DNA of 64,000 bases from Pristiophorus japonicus (lineage: Eukaryota), in assembly GCF_044704955.1 (NCBI RefSeq), contig NC_091982.1:6634001-6698000 (forward strand). The letters are read 5' to 3'. Below are positions 39,838 to 51,220 of the stretch, piece after piece. Every line of letters begins with the position of its first letter. The first letter of the stretch is position 1. Both the position numbers and the translations under genes were made by a program. The notes below the pieces were generated by a model that made no database searches, was not told the DNA's origin, and saw nothing but the letters and a program-made list of their open reading frames with translations.

Positions 39838-42046
39838 CTGAAATGGAAACAATACGAGTTACATTTACACACGGCGTAACAATTGGAAAAAGCAGAATAA
39901 AATTAGCATATCAAAGAGCATACATAGATCAGGACCTTTTCACCTTCCACTGCACCCCCATCTCCTTGGGCCAAGTATGTCCTATGGCTGAGATGATGGA
40001 CACCTGATCTGTTCCTAGCCACCTGAATACCCACGAGCCCCAATAGGAAACATAAGCATATGACACGAGCCCAAGGATGATTCTCTTTCCCCTCAATGCA
40101 GCTGAAGGCCAAATGAAACCCGAGAATCCAGCGACTGTGGTGCCACATATTGGCACCATCTTCCAACCAGAACTAGAATTCGATAAAACACGGGTAAAAA
40201 TAGACAGTTTTCAATTCTTTGTACCACAGCTCATTTAGCACATTGGTTGAGTGACTCAAAAACTTCTAATGACTCTGCAGCACCCAGGTGGGGATGGACT
40301 TTGTTGATAAAAACATAGTAAAAAGTATATTTAATTTTTATATGTTAATGCAGTTTAATAAAAATAAGACCTTGCAAATTGGCAAATGTGCATAATTCAT
40401 AAATATTTTTTCCACCTTTGAAAACATGAATATAGCCAGGTTTGATAAAGACTGGATAAATTTAGATTAGTAAAACAACATTCAAAACCGATTACAAAAT
40501 TAGATGCTCAAAGATGGTAAATGTTTGGAACAATCTATCAAGCAAGTTAGCATTGTCAAAAACATTAGGGAAGTTCAAAATGCAGCTGGATGCTAGGTTG
40601 GGTGAGTCAGACCACAAAATGGGTGGTCTTCTCTTGCCCTTTAACTTTTTCTTATGGCTGGCTCAGCACCACACCACTGAGCCAATGGAGTTTTTGCGTT
40701 CATAATCGATGGCACATGGATAGGCAGGGAATCTGGAGAGAGCAAGCAAAACGGTGACCTAGAAAATAGTGGTTAGGGGAGAAATGGTTCAGGGTGAGGA
40801 AATCATCAGAATATAACACTATCTGGCCCATTTAGAAGCAGCCAACTTGGCAGTTCCTCCCAGACCACGTTGTAAGCTATTTTTGCCCATTTAAATAGGT
40901 CCTCTACACCACGCATCATTCCCTAATCAGGAGAATGGGCAGTCAACCTATTTCTAGGTCTCCGCGCAAGCCTTTCTAGAACCAGTGGCTGAGAGTTGCA
41001 CGTGTGACTGACTCACTCCAATTTGCTTTCCCTTCTGTTGGAGAAGTGCCTCACCTCTGTTCAGATCCTATGCTGGATGACCTAACTGAGATAGGGAGCG
41101 TGCCGTATGAGGACATTAAAAACAAGTAACTGAGTGCTTTGGAGTAGCACTGTGCTACGCCATGAGTTGTAGGACGCAGGCTTACGCCTGCAATTCCCCA
41201 GCAGGTGAGTTTCAAATCTCAATGCTGCTGTCATAGAAGTAGAAACCAGGGAAGGAAAAATCAGAGGCCAGGTCATCATGGGTCAGTCCTGTACACCTCC
41301 AGTGGCCAGTTTTGGAGTGACTTTGGCAGAGCACTGGGAGCAGGTCTCCGGGCTGTGCTTGTAGCTGGGGAAGGTGCATGACATTGAGGAGATTTCAGGG
41401 AATCAAAATAGGGGCAAAACAAGAAACTTGCAAACAAATAATACAATTAGCCGACAGCATTCAGACGGCGTCTGGCACAAGGTCATACAGTACCATGTTC
41501 TGTGTCCACTACTCTGGGAATTTGCCAGTTATTTGTCACAAATATTCTGCAAGGGTACAGAACAATAAGTATTACAAAGCAGAATCACAGAAACATACAC
41601 ATTCACAGAACAGGTCTTTGTTAATATGCTTTGAATAAAACAACAAAAAAAATTGACCATAAAACTGGCTAGAGTCAAAGAACATTGAATGACACAGCTT
41701 TCTGACCTTCGAACTGAAGTAGGGGCCTTGAGTTCTCTGTAATTAAAGATGATAATGCCACGTCTTTTAAGTCTCTACTGCACCAATGCCCTGCTCTACA
41801 GTGTAGTAAGACACAAGATTTCCCACATAGCAAATTCTACACCTCACCATATCATCGAGAAGCCAGCTATTTCCTTCCTTTCAAGGAAGAGAGAAAGAAT
41901 TACAGGCATGTTACACCAGGCTATTCTTACTTATCTCCCTGAGCAGAAGCTTGGGAACAGATTGCTTCCTTTCTCTCTTGCCAAGGGAATGATTCAGTGA
42001 AAACAAAGAGAGGGGAAAAAAGTAAACATATTTGACGACAACATAC

Positions 42047-42251
42047 CTTGGTAGTACAATGCTTTCAGAAAAGTGTATCGGTCAGTTCCCTGGAACATGG
42101 CTTTTTCAATCTCCATCTCCCTCCTGTTCAGTTGTTTACTTCCTGCGAATCTCTGTGGCAGTGACAGAAGTCGTTGGCGCTCTTCAATCTTGTCTTCAAT
42201 AGCACGGAGTCTTTGCTGCACTGCTGCTGGATCTGCTCCGAGCCCAGAGAA
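42047..42251 (-). CDS. RBM41: RBM41 exon 4
   Basis: 205 nt; FSGLGADPAAVQQRLRAIEDKIEERQRLLSLPQRFAGSKQLNRREMEIEKAMFQGTDRYTFLKALYYQ. Confidence 0.92.
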
Positions 42252-43489
42252 CTTTAAACACAAACAAAATCGGTGTTCAAAGTATGGGATTCAGTCACCA
42301 ATCCTCCACTAGCTGAGTGCCAGATTTCAACTTTGATGCTGCAGGGAGGCATACAGAAAAAGCCAGGTGCTTCTCCACAAGGAGGGGACACAAAAATGAG
42401 AGAGAGAGAATTGTACTTGTGCACATTCTACTGATCTGTTTGAATAGCAGAGGTCAGGGAGTAGCATTGTTGCACACTCTCATTCAAGAATGTCTCACAG
42501 AGACTCAAAAAAAAAAAGAATAGGAGAATCTATCAAATATTTAAAAACAATGGTTATAGCATGCCGATGTTATTGCATCTGTAGGTGGCAGTGACGCTAA
42601 CAATATGTGACCGAGCATTCCTGCGACACCACCACTACGATTACCTACAACTCCCCCACTCATACAATCTAGAAGCAGCTTTTAGTCTTACCTGTCAAAA
42701 ATTACTCCATTCTGTTGTTCCTTCCACTTTTTTGGAATTTACAACATCACAAATGCTTATTTCCTTTCATAACCTACTCACCAATTTACTGAGAAGATCT
42801 CTATCCTACCGATTGTGCCCCAATATTACTGGCACACAAATTGTTAAGAGCCCATTACCTGTGAGCGACCCATATTCTGGAACCGAGGTCACATTAATGT
42901 GAATTGCTTGAAGTAGTACTGAAATGCAGTTGTGCAGGTGGTTTTTAATTTTCAACGGTTTGCAGATCCCTCAAATTTGGGAGTGATGCCCAGTATCCAC
43001 CTTCCCACTTTCACTTTTTAAATTGACATCATAAATTGTACTCTGAAATTGCTAGAATTAGTAAAGTTACCTTGCATAGCCTCCCAAACATGACCGTCAT
43101 TAGGGAGCACAACATTCTCTATCTTCCCCCTACATTTGCAGCAATTCAAAGGCCACACCATCCCCCTTAATCAGCTGCATTTCACATTACAACATCTGTT
43201 CCCACTCCACACACAATAAACTCACTAACTGAGAGTCCAATTTACAACTTCCTCCCCGCTGGTTGCATAACCTCTGTCCCACCCCTCCCCCACTGGTTGC
43301 ATTTCGAATTCACAGTTCCGCCTCATCCCGGCTGCATTTTCTCTCAGGTTTAATTCCACACTGACAGAGAACCACCCATTCTGTAGGCCTTTGCCACATC
43401 CAAATCCCCTTCTCCGCTGGCTGGCTGTCACATGCCTCAGTCCTCCTCTCTCCACAGACCTAAATTATTCTTCCTTAATGACCCCCAAT

Positions 43490-43810
43490 GACCGATTTAA
43501 TCTCCTCCAGCCCCCCATCCCGAGAAGTCTGCGCTCCTCTAATTCTGCCCTTTTGAACATCCCTGATTATAATCGCTCAACCATTGGTGACCGTGCCTTC
43601 TGTTACCTAGGCCCGAAGCTCTGGAACTCCCTGTCTAAACCTCATTTCCTCTCTACCTCTCTTTCCTCCTTCAAGACACTCCTTAAAACATACCTGCACT
43701 AATTTCTACTTATACGGCTTGATGTCAAATTTTTATCTCAATACCCCTGCGAAGCGCCTTGGGATGTTTCATTACGTTAAAGGCACTATATAAATACAAA
43801 GTGTTGTTGA
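43490..43810 (+). mobile_element. L2 LINE 3' end fragment
   Basis: RSLRSSN...RSTIGDRAFCYLGPKLWNSL...SSFKTLLKTYL and tail AAAGGCACTATATAAATACAAAGTGTTGTTG. Confidence 0.8.
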
Positions 43811-44502
43811 ATTCTCCTGCCTTGTTCCTCCCCCACTGACTGAATGTTTGAGTCATTGGCCTCCTCCCCACAGAGAGGATTACCCAGGCACAGTTCTGAA
43901 CAGCACCCATCCTTTGTCTCTCCCATTCCCCCACCCCTCCTTCTCCCTTCCGCCTTTGCTCTTCAACTTCTCCCATCCCATAATTCCCTTCTCTACTCCT
44001 TCCTTCCCCCCCCCCCACCCAACCCCACGGTCTAAATCTGCTTGAAATGTATACTGCTTTTAGTTTTGATTCTTTGTGCAATGCTATAGAAGAGCAACTA
44101 TATATATATATATATATATAGCGGTGTAATGGTATTGTGGTCACAGGTGGTGCTGCACAGGTCACATCATGTGACTCATTAAGTACAGTAGGGCTCAACT
44201 AATGTAATATGACAGCGCCCCACTATACGGACACTGAAATTCCCTATCACGCACACAAGTACAATCCATTGTTCCCCAAACTTTCATTTTTTTTTAAAGT
44301 GAGGTTGCCTTCTTCATTTTCACAACTGGGCTGTCTGAAAGAGTCTATCTCTGTAATCTCCTCCAGCCCCACAATCCTCAGATATCCGTGCTCCTCCAGT
44401 TCTGGCCTTTTCAGTATCCCCAATTTTATTCATTCCACCACTGGCAGCCGTGCCTTCAGCTGGCAAGGCCCCAAGCTCTGGAATTCCTTCCCGAAACAAT
44501 GT

Positions 44503-44950
44503 CAGCTGTGGCTCAGTGGGTAGCACACTCGCCTCCGAGTCAGAAGGTTGTGGGTTCAGGCCGCACTCCAGGGACTTGAATACATAAATCTAGGCTGACA
44601 CTCCAGTGCAGTGCTGAGGGAGTATTGCACTGTTGGAGGTGCTGTCTTTCATATGAAATGTTAAACCAAGGTCCTGTCTGCTCTCCCAGGTGGATGTAAA
44701 AGATCCCATGACACTATTTTGAAGAAGAATAGCAGAGTTATCCCCGGTGTCCTGGCCAATATTTATTCCTCAATCAACATAACAATAACAGATTATCTGG
44801 TCATTATCACATTGCTGTTTGTGGGAGCTTGCAGTACGCAAATTGGCTGTCGCGTTTCCCACATTACAACAGTGACTACACTCCAAAAGTACTTAATTGG
44901 CTGTAAAGCATCCAGTAGTTGTGAAATGTTCTATATAAATGCAAGTCTTG
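44503..44950 (+). mobile_element. tRNA-headed SINE with Deu-type core (SacSINE1/AmnSINE-like)
   Basis: A box TGGCTCAGTGG, B box GGTTCAGGCC; core GGAGGTGCTGTCTTTC...GGTGGATGTAAAAGATCCCATG; L2-like tail CTATATAAATGCAAGTC; related copies on minus at 52525-52945 and 19680-19860. Confidence 0.8.
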
Positions 44951-45047
44951 GCCTTTATTGCAAGGGAGATTGAGTATAAAAGCAGAGAAGTCCTGGTGCA
45001 ACTAGTGAGGCCACACCTAGAGTACAGTTTTGGTCTCTGTATTTAAG

Positions 45048-45408
45048 TGAGGAGGCTTCTCGGCCTTTTGGCTAAGATCAAGTATAGTACCGTTTCTGAC
45101 CAGCCACCATGACCCCAGGGTGGTTCCTCCCTGGTCAGGAAGGTATATGCTTGCATTTTTGAAAACAGGAGGTGGGTGGGGAGGTTTGACCCATCCACCT
45201 CCACGGAGGTGTGTGGGGGACCTGACCCATCCACCTCCATGGCACGAACCTGGTATTGCAGTACTTCCAGGAACGGTGCAGTGGCTCTAGGCCTTTTGGC
45301 TAAGAGCATTGGCGCAGAGTGATCCTTGGCATGTGCAAGGTGACCTCTGGCGTTTGTGATTTGACAAAGAATTGGAACGATTGGCTACGAATTTCAAAAA
45401 AAAAAAAA
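45048..45408 (+). mobile_element. snRNA-mosaic retroposon (U2/U1/U2/U6-like pieces) with poly(A) tail and 7-bp TSD; candidate SINEU-like SINE, copy 1
   Basis: U2 5' GCTTCTCGGCCTTTTGGCTAAGATCAAGT at 45055; U1-like ACCATGACCCCAGGGTGGTTCCTCCCTGG; U2 3' ACCTGGTATTGCAGTACTTCCAGGAACGGTGCA 45248-45280; A-run 45396-45409; TSD ATTTAAG 45041-45047 / 45409-45415. Confidence 0.8.
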
Positions 45409-45420
45409 ATTTAAGGAAGG

Positions 45421-45605
45421 ATCGCTTCTCGGCCTTTTGGCTAAGATCATGCGTAACTGACCTGACAGGGGAGTAACCATGACCCCAAAGTGGTTCTCCC
45501 TGGATCAGGAAGGTGGTTCTCCTATGCTTTTTGGAAATAGGAGATGGGTGGGGTGAATTGACCCATCCACCTCCACGGAGGTGTGTGGGGGTGCTGACCC
45601 ATCCA
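45421..45605 (+). mobile_element. snRNA-mosaic element copy 2 (U2 5' end fused to U1 5' end), 3' end not found
   Basis: ATCGCTTCTCGGCCTTTTGGCTAAGATCA (first 29 nt of U2), then TAACTGACCTGACAGGGGAGTAACCATGACC...GTGGTTCTCCC (U1 5' arm-like), then TTTTTGGAAATAGGAGATGG (U2 Sm-site region). Confidence 0.8.
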
Positions 45606-48075
45606 CCCCCCCTCCCTCCCTCCCCTCACGCTCTCTTCCCCCCCCTCCCTCCCTCCCCTCACGCTCTCTTCCCCCCCTCCCTCCCTCCCCTCACGCTCTC
45701 TTCCCCCCCTCCCTCCCCTCACGCTCTCTTCCCCCCCTCCCTCCCTCCCCTCACGCTCTCTCCCCCCCCTCCCTCCCTCCCCTCACGCTCTCTTCCCCCC
45801 CTCCCTCCCTCCCCTCACGCTCTCTTCCCCCCCCCTCCCTCCCCTCACGCTCTCTTCCCCCCTCCCCTCACGCTCTCTTCCCCCCCTCCCTCCCCTCACG
45901 CTCTCTTCCCCCCCCTCCCTCCCCTCACGCTCTCTTCCCCCCCCCCTCCCCTCACGCTCTCTTCCCCCCCTCCCTTCCCTCACGCTCTCTTCCCCCCCTC
46001 CCTCCCCTCACGCTCTCTTCCCCCCCCTCCCTCCCCTCGCGCTCTCTTTCCCCCCCCCCCTCCCCTCGAGCTCTCTTCCCCCCCCCTCCCCTCGCGCTCT
46101 CTTCCCTCCCCTCTCTCCCCTCGCGCTCTCTTCCCCCCCTCCCTTCTCTCGCGCTCTCTTCCCCCCCTCCCTTCCCTCGCGCTCTCTTCCGCCCCCTCCT
46201 CCCCTCGCGCTCTCTTCTCCCCTCGCGCTCTCTTCCCCCCCTCCCTCCCCTCGCGCTCCCTTCCCCCCCCACACGCTCCCTTCCCCCACGCTCCCTCCCC
46301 TCACCAGCCCCACCCATGCTCTCTCTCTCTCTCTCTCCCCCGCCCATTCTCTCTCTCTCTCTCTCTCCCCCCCCCTCCCCACGCTCTCTCTCTTCTCCCC
46401 CCCCTCCCCACGCTCTCTCTCTTCTCACCCCCCTCCCCACGCTCTCTCTTCTCACCCCCCCCTCCCCACGCTCTCTCTCTTCTCCCCCCCTCCCCACGCT
46501 CTCTCTCTTCCCTCCCCTCGCGCTCTCTTCCCCCCCTCCCTCCCCTCGAGCTCTCTTCCCCCCTCCCTCCCCTCGCGCTCTCTTCCCCCCCTCGCGCTCT
46601 CTTCCCCCCTCTCCCCTCGCGCTCTCTTCCCCCCCTCCCTTCCCTCGCGCTCCATTTCCCCCCCCTCCCCTCGCGCTCCCTTCCCTCGCGCTCCCTTCCT
46701 CCCTCCCCCCCTCCCCCTCCCCTCTCCTCCCCCCTCCCCCCCTCTCCCTCCCCCCTCCCCCCCTCTCCCTCCCCTCCCCTCACGCTCCCTTCCCCCCTCC
46801 CCTCACGCTCCCTTTCCCCCCCCCTCCCCCCTCCCCTCATGCTCCATTCCCCCCCCTCCCTCCCCTCATGCTCCATTCCCCCCCCTCCCTCCCCTCATGC
46901 TCCCTTCCCCCCCCACACGCTCCCTTCCCCCCCCTCCCCTCACCAGCCCCACCCATGCTCTCTCTCTTCCCCCCCGCCCATTCTCTCTCTCTCTCTTCTT
47001 CCCCCCCCCCCACTCCCCACGCTCTCTCTCTTCTCACCCCCCCCTCCCCACGCTCTCTCTCTTCTCACCCCCCCTCCCCACGCTCTCTCTCTTCTCACCC
47101 CCTCCCCACGCTCTCTCTCTTCTCCCCCCTCCCCACGCTCCCTCTCTTCTCCCCCCTCCCTCTCTTCTCCCCCCCTCCCTCTCTTCTCACCCCCTCCCTC
47201 TCTTCTCCCCCCCTCCCTCTCTTCTCCCCCCTCCCCACGCTCCCTCTCTTCTCCCCCCCTCCCCACGCTCTCTCTTCTCCCCCCTCCCCACGCTCTCTCT
47301 CTTCTCCCCCCCTCCCCACGCTCTCTCTCTCCCCCCTCCCCACGCTCTCTCTCTTCTCCCCCCTCCCCACGCTCTCTCTCTTCTCCCCCCTCCCCACGCT
47401 CTCTCTTCTCCCCCCCCCCCACGCTCTCTCTCTTCTCCCCCCCCCTCCACGCTCTCTCTCTTCTCCCCCCCCCTCCACGCTCTCTCTCTTCTTCCCCCCC
47501 CCCCCCCACGCTCTCTCTCTTCTCCCCCCCCTCCACGCTCTCTCTTCTCCCCCCCCCCCTCCACGCTCTTTCTCTTCTCCTCCCCCCCCTCCCCACGCTC
47601 TCTCTCTTCTCCTCCTCCCCCCCCCCCTCCCCACGCTCTCTCTCTTCTCCCTCCTCCCCCCACTCCTCCCCACGCTCTCTCGCTTCTCCCCCCGCTCCAC
47701 GCTCTCTCGCTTCTCCCCCCTCCTCCCCGCTCTCTCGCTTCTCCCCCCTCCTCCCCACGCTCTCTCGCTTCTCCCCCCTCCTCCCCATGCTCTCTCGCTT
47801 CTCCCCCCTCCTCCCCACGCTCTCTCGCTTCTCCCCCCTCCTCCCCACGCTCTCTCGCTTCTCCCCCCTCCTCCCCACGCTCTCTCGCTTCTCCCCCCTC
47901 CTCCCCACGCTCTCTCGCTTCTCCCCCCTCCTCCCCACGCTCTCTCGCTTCTCCCCCCTCCTCCCCACGCTCTCTCGCTTCTCCCCCCTCCTCCCCACGC
48001 TCTCTCTCTCTTCTCTCCCTCTCCCCCCCCCCCCCCCTCCCCACGCTCTCTCTCTTCTCCCCCCCTCACCACGCC
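45606..48075 (+). repeat. Pyrimidine-rich compound minisatellite (CCCCTCACGCTCTCTT / CTCCCCACGCTCTCT variants, with a 30-bp unit array at ~47740-48000)
   Basis: Directly visible; source of spurious Pro/Ser-rich ORFs. Confidence 0.95.
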
Positions 48076-48178
48076 CTCACATGAACATGCAGATCCCATT
48101 AGCATCCTACTTGGATGCTAATATTACATATTGTGATTTCACTATGAAATTCGCAAAAACCCTTCAATAACACCTTAC

Positions 48179-48371
48179 CTTAACTAGAGATTCCCTGTCT
48201 TGCCAGAGTTGGATTTCCCTGTCAGTAAGTCCAAGTTCTCTCAGGGCAGCAATCTCTCCATCTCCGTCCTGCAGAGTCTGGAACTGTGACAGACTCAGCA
48301 CTCCTGCTGCCTGCTCCCCAAATGGCTTGTATAAAGCACTTGGAGCAAAGCATTTCTTCTTAGCTATGCAT
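48179..48371 (-). CDS. RBM41: RBM41 exon 3
   Basis: 193 nt; CIAKKKCFAPSALYKPFGEQAAGVLSLSQFQTLQDGDGEIAALRELGLTDREIQLWQ; AG/GTAAG bounded. Confidence 0.92.
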
Positions 48372-49514
48372 CTATGAAAAAGCAGAATTTCAGTCAAGGA
48401 AAAACAGCAGCAAGTCATCATATGGTAGGGTGATTAGGAACCGATTAGTGATCAAGGAACATCAGATATAGGACACATATTTAAAAATCATCCCTTTTCT
48501 CATCTGAGGCCCACTTCTTTCTCATGAGATAAATATTGGTGTTCATCAAAAAAATGCTGAACCTCATGAAGAGTGTCCTGAATCCATATCTGTTCCTGAA
48601 CTAGAAGCTACTTTAACTAAGTCAAACCAATGTCACTAGAACTGAAAATGTTGGCAACGGAGATGTTCTGATCGTCAAATGTAACCAACACCTTTCGTGG
48701 AGGTGCGTGTTTGAAACTCACAAGCCATGTCATGACTCAGGTTTTGTAAGCAAATACTTACACAGCCTTATTAGCACAACTATAAAGTAATCTTATGATC
48801 ACTCCCTTTCACTAATTGATTGCTTTTCAGACCTGAGGGTAAATGTCGGTTTCTGTGCCAATACAGCACTGCAAGATTCAAATCTGAAACAATTGAGCTT
48901 GATTGTCTTAAATGCTCATTTCTTAGAATGTACTCGTGGCAATATAAAGCAGCAAATCCCCACTGTATATTAAAAATGAGGGACAAATGCACCAGGGAGG
49001 ATATGTTCAATGAATAACTTTTGAAAATCACTTTTGAATATTTAATGAACAAATGTTGCCACCATCACAGACATTGCCATTCAGAATTATTTGATGGGGA
49101 AAAGGGAGGAAGGGAGATAGGAATACCCATCAACTGATTAGTGAACTGAGAGAGGAACCTAAACCTACATTTGAATTATACATGAAATTAAATGGTGCTC
49201 TTCCTCCAGTGTCTATTGAAGTATTGAGAGAATGGATTCTAGGATTACTTTAATCTTGTGCAGTACATAGTGATATTTGGGAAGGTGTTAAAGCTACAAT
49301 TGCTCATTTGTTTCCGATAGTTTAAAGTATTTACTAAACTCCACATAAGCTCCCATCTGTTTGGAGACAATAAAGTATTAAGTACTCTGTTGCATTTGTT
49401 GGGGAATTTAATATTTATAAAGGTACCACTGTTAGCTGCTTCTGTCCATGTCACAGGCCATGCCATACTTTCTGTTGGTGCCACTCAGTTTGAATGGCCG
49501 CCCCTTTAGTTTGT

Positions 49515-51220
49515 AATGGTGTAAACTCATTTTTTTTTAATTTAAAGGGCCCAAGTTTCCACATGATTTGCGCCTGATTTTTTAGGAGCAACTGGTGGAG
49601 ACCGGACTATCTTAGAAATCGCAATTCTCCACATTTTGTTTTCTGCAGTTCTAGGCAGGTAGAACAGTTCCACTTTGGAACACAATTTTTTCTTCAAAAG
49701 GGGGCGTGTCCGGCCACTGACGCCTGATTTCAAAGTTTCCACAGTGAAAACGTACTCCAAACTAACTTAGAATGGAGCAAGTGAAGATTTTTGTAGAACT
49801 GAAAAAACCTGTTCTACACATTAAAAAATCAGGCGCAGGTTACAAATTAGGCGTCCAGAACGAGGTGGGGGGGGGGGGGGGAAGGGAAGTCATTAAATTC
49901 TATAATAAATCCTTATTTATACTTCTACAAATATTATACAAATAAATCCAATCTGAATAAACATTTATAAGCAAAGAAAAGATTAAATAAACCATCTTCC
50001 TACCTGTGTGAAAGTGCTTCAGCCATCGTTTGTTCCCGCGGGGGGAGCCGTTCCGTTCATTCCCGCTGGGGGGGGGGGGGGGAGGGGAGCCGTTCCATTC
50101 GTTCCCGCGGGGGGGGGGCCGTTCCATTCGTTCCCGACGGCGGGCAGGGGTGGAGAGGGAAACGGCTGCCTCAACTTTCTGAGGCTTCCTGCACCTTCTC
50201 ACTTAGTTCAGTTTCTTCCAGAGTTTAAATTAGGATTTATTTGTACAATGAGATCCCAAATGAAGACCCAGCCTACTGAACTAAGTGGATTTTAATATAA
50301 ATTTCAATATAATTGCAGTCTTTTTAGAAGGTTTAAAATGTTGGGATTGCCATTAATGTGCTCCAAAGTGCAATTAGTGCTGAACGTATTCAGTCTCTAT
50401 GCAGCATGGCTCTTTCTCCACTTTTTGGGCCCAAGTTTCCACACGATAAAAAATGGGCGCCCCTCCGTTGATCATGGAAGGGCAATGTGCTTTTATTTAA
50501 AAATGTTCAAAAATTAAACAGCTACAAAGAACTACAAAAATGGCCGAGTGCCAATGTTTCCTTCACACTGCGCGTGCGCGAACGCTCCAACGCGCACACG
50601 CAGCGTTGCCAGCAGGAAAAAAACTAATTTAAATGGTACCCGCCCCCTCCCACTTACAAAATCGGCGCGAGTGTAGGCTCCGCCCCCCTGGGCGCCGCAC
50701 CAAGCAGACATGGAGCTGCAGGGCGCTCGAGAATAGCGCCGTTTTTTTCGTCGCCGTTTTAGGCACGAAAAACGGGCGCCCAGCTCGGAGGGGCGCCCGT
50801 TTTTTATCGTGTGGAAACTTGGGCCCAAAAAGTGGAGAAAGAGCCATGCTGCACAGAGACTGAATACGTTCAGCACTAATTGCACTTTGGAGCACATTAA
50901 TGGCAATCCCAACATTTTAAACCTTCTAAAAAGACTGCAATTATATTGAAATTTATATTAAAATCCACTTAGTTCAGTAGGCTGGGTCTTCATTTGGGAT
51001 CTCATTGTACAAATAAATCCTAATTTAAACTCTGGAAGAAACTGAACTAAGTGATTTTAATATAAATTTCAATATAATTGCAGTCTTTTTAGAAGGTTTA
51101 AAATGTTGGGATTGCCATTAATGTGCTCCAAAGTGCAATTAGTGCTGAACGTATTCAGTCTCTGTGCAGCATGGCTCTTTCTCCACTTTTTAAATTAAAA
51201 AAAAATGAGTTTACACCATT
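49515..51220. repeat. AT-rich foldback (palindromic) element, ~430 bp originally, whose left arm is split by the MITE
   Basis: 49515-49546 is the reverse complement of 51188-51220; 50827-50978 is the reverse complement of ~51042-51190. Confidence 0.75.
49547..50826 (-). mobile_element. Harbinger-like MITE copy 2 (inverted relative to copy 1), with an internal captured segment
   Basis: Reverse complement of 7249-8241; GGGCCCAAGTTTCCACA TIRs; flanked by AAA/AAA. Confidence 0.85.

Noticed and set aside
39903-40166. Short ORFs next to RBM41 exon 5 as an extra exon or gene
   Set aside because: No recognisable homology, and the RBM41 frame is complete without them
44503-44580. tRNA gene
   Set aside because: A/B boxes belong to the tRNA-derived head of a SINE that continues into core and tail
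45055-45450. Functional U2 or U1 snRNA genes
   Set aside because: Rearranged fragments, altered branch-point and 5' splice-site pairing sequences, poly(A)+TSD, and no recognisable PSE/3' box context
47740-48000. Regular 30-bp repeats as a CRISPR-like array
   Set aside because: Head-to-tail tandem units with no unique spacers, in vertebrate DNA
45513-48170. Long Pro/Ser/Leu-rich and Arg/Gly/Glu-rich ORFs
   Set aside because: Translation of a low-complexity minisatellite in an RBM41 intron
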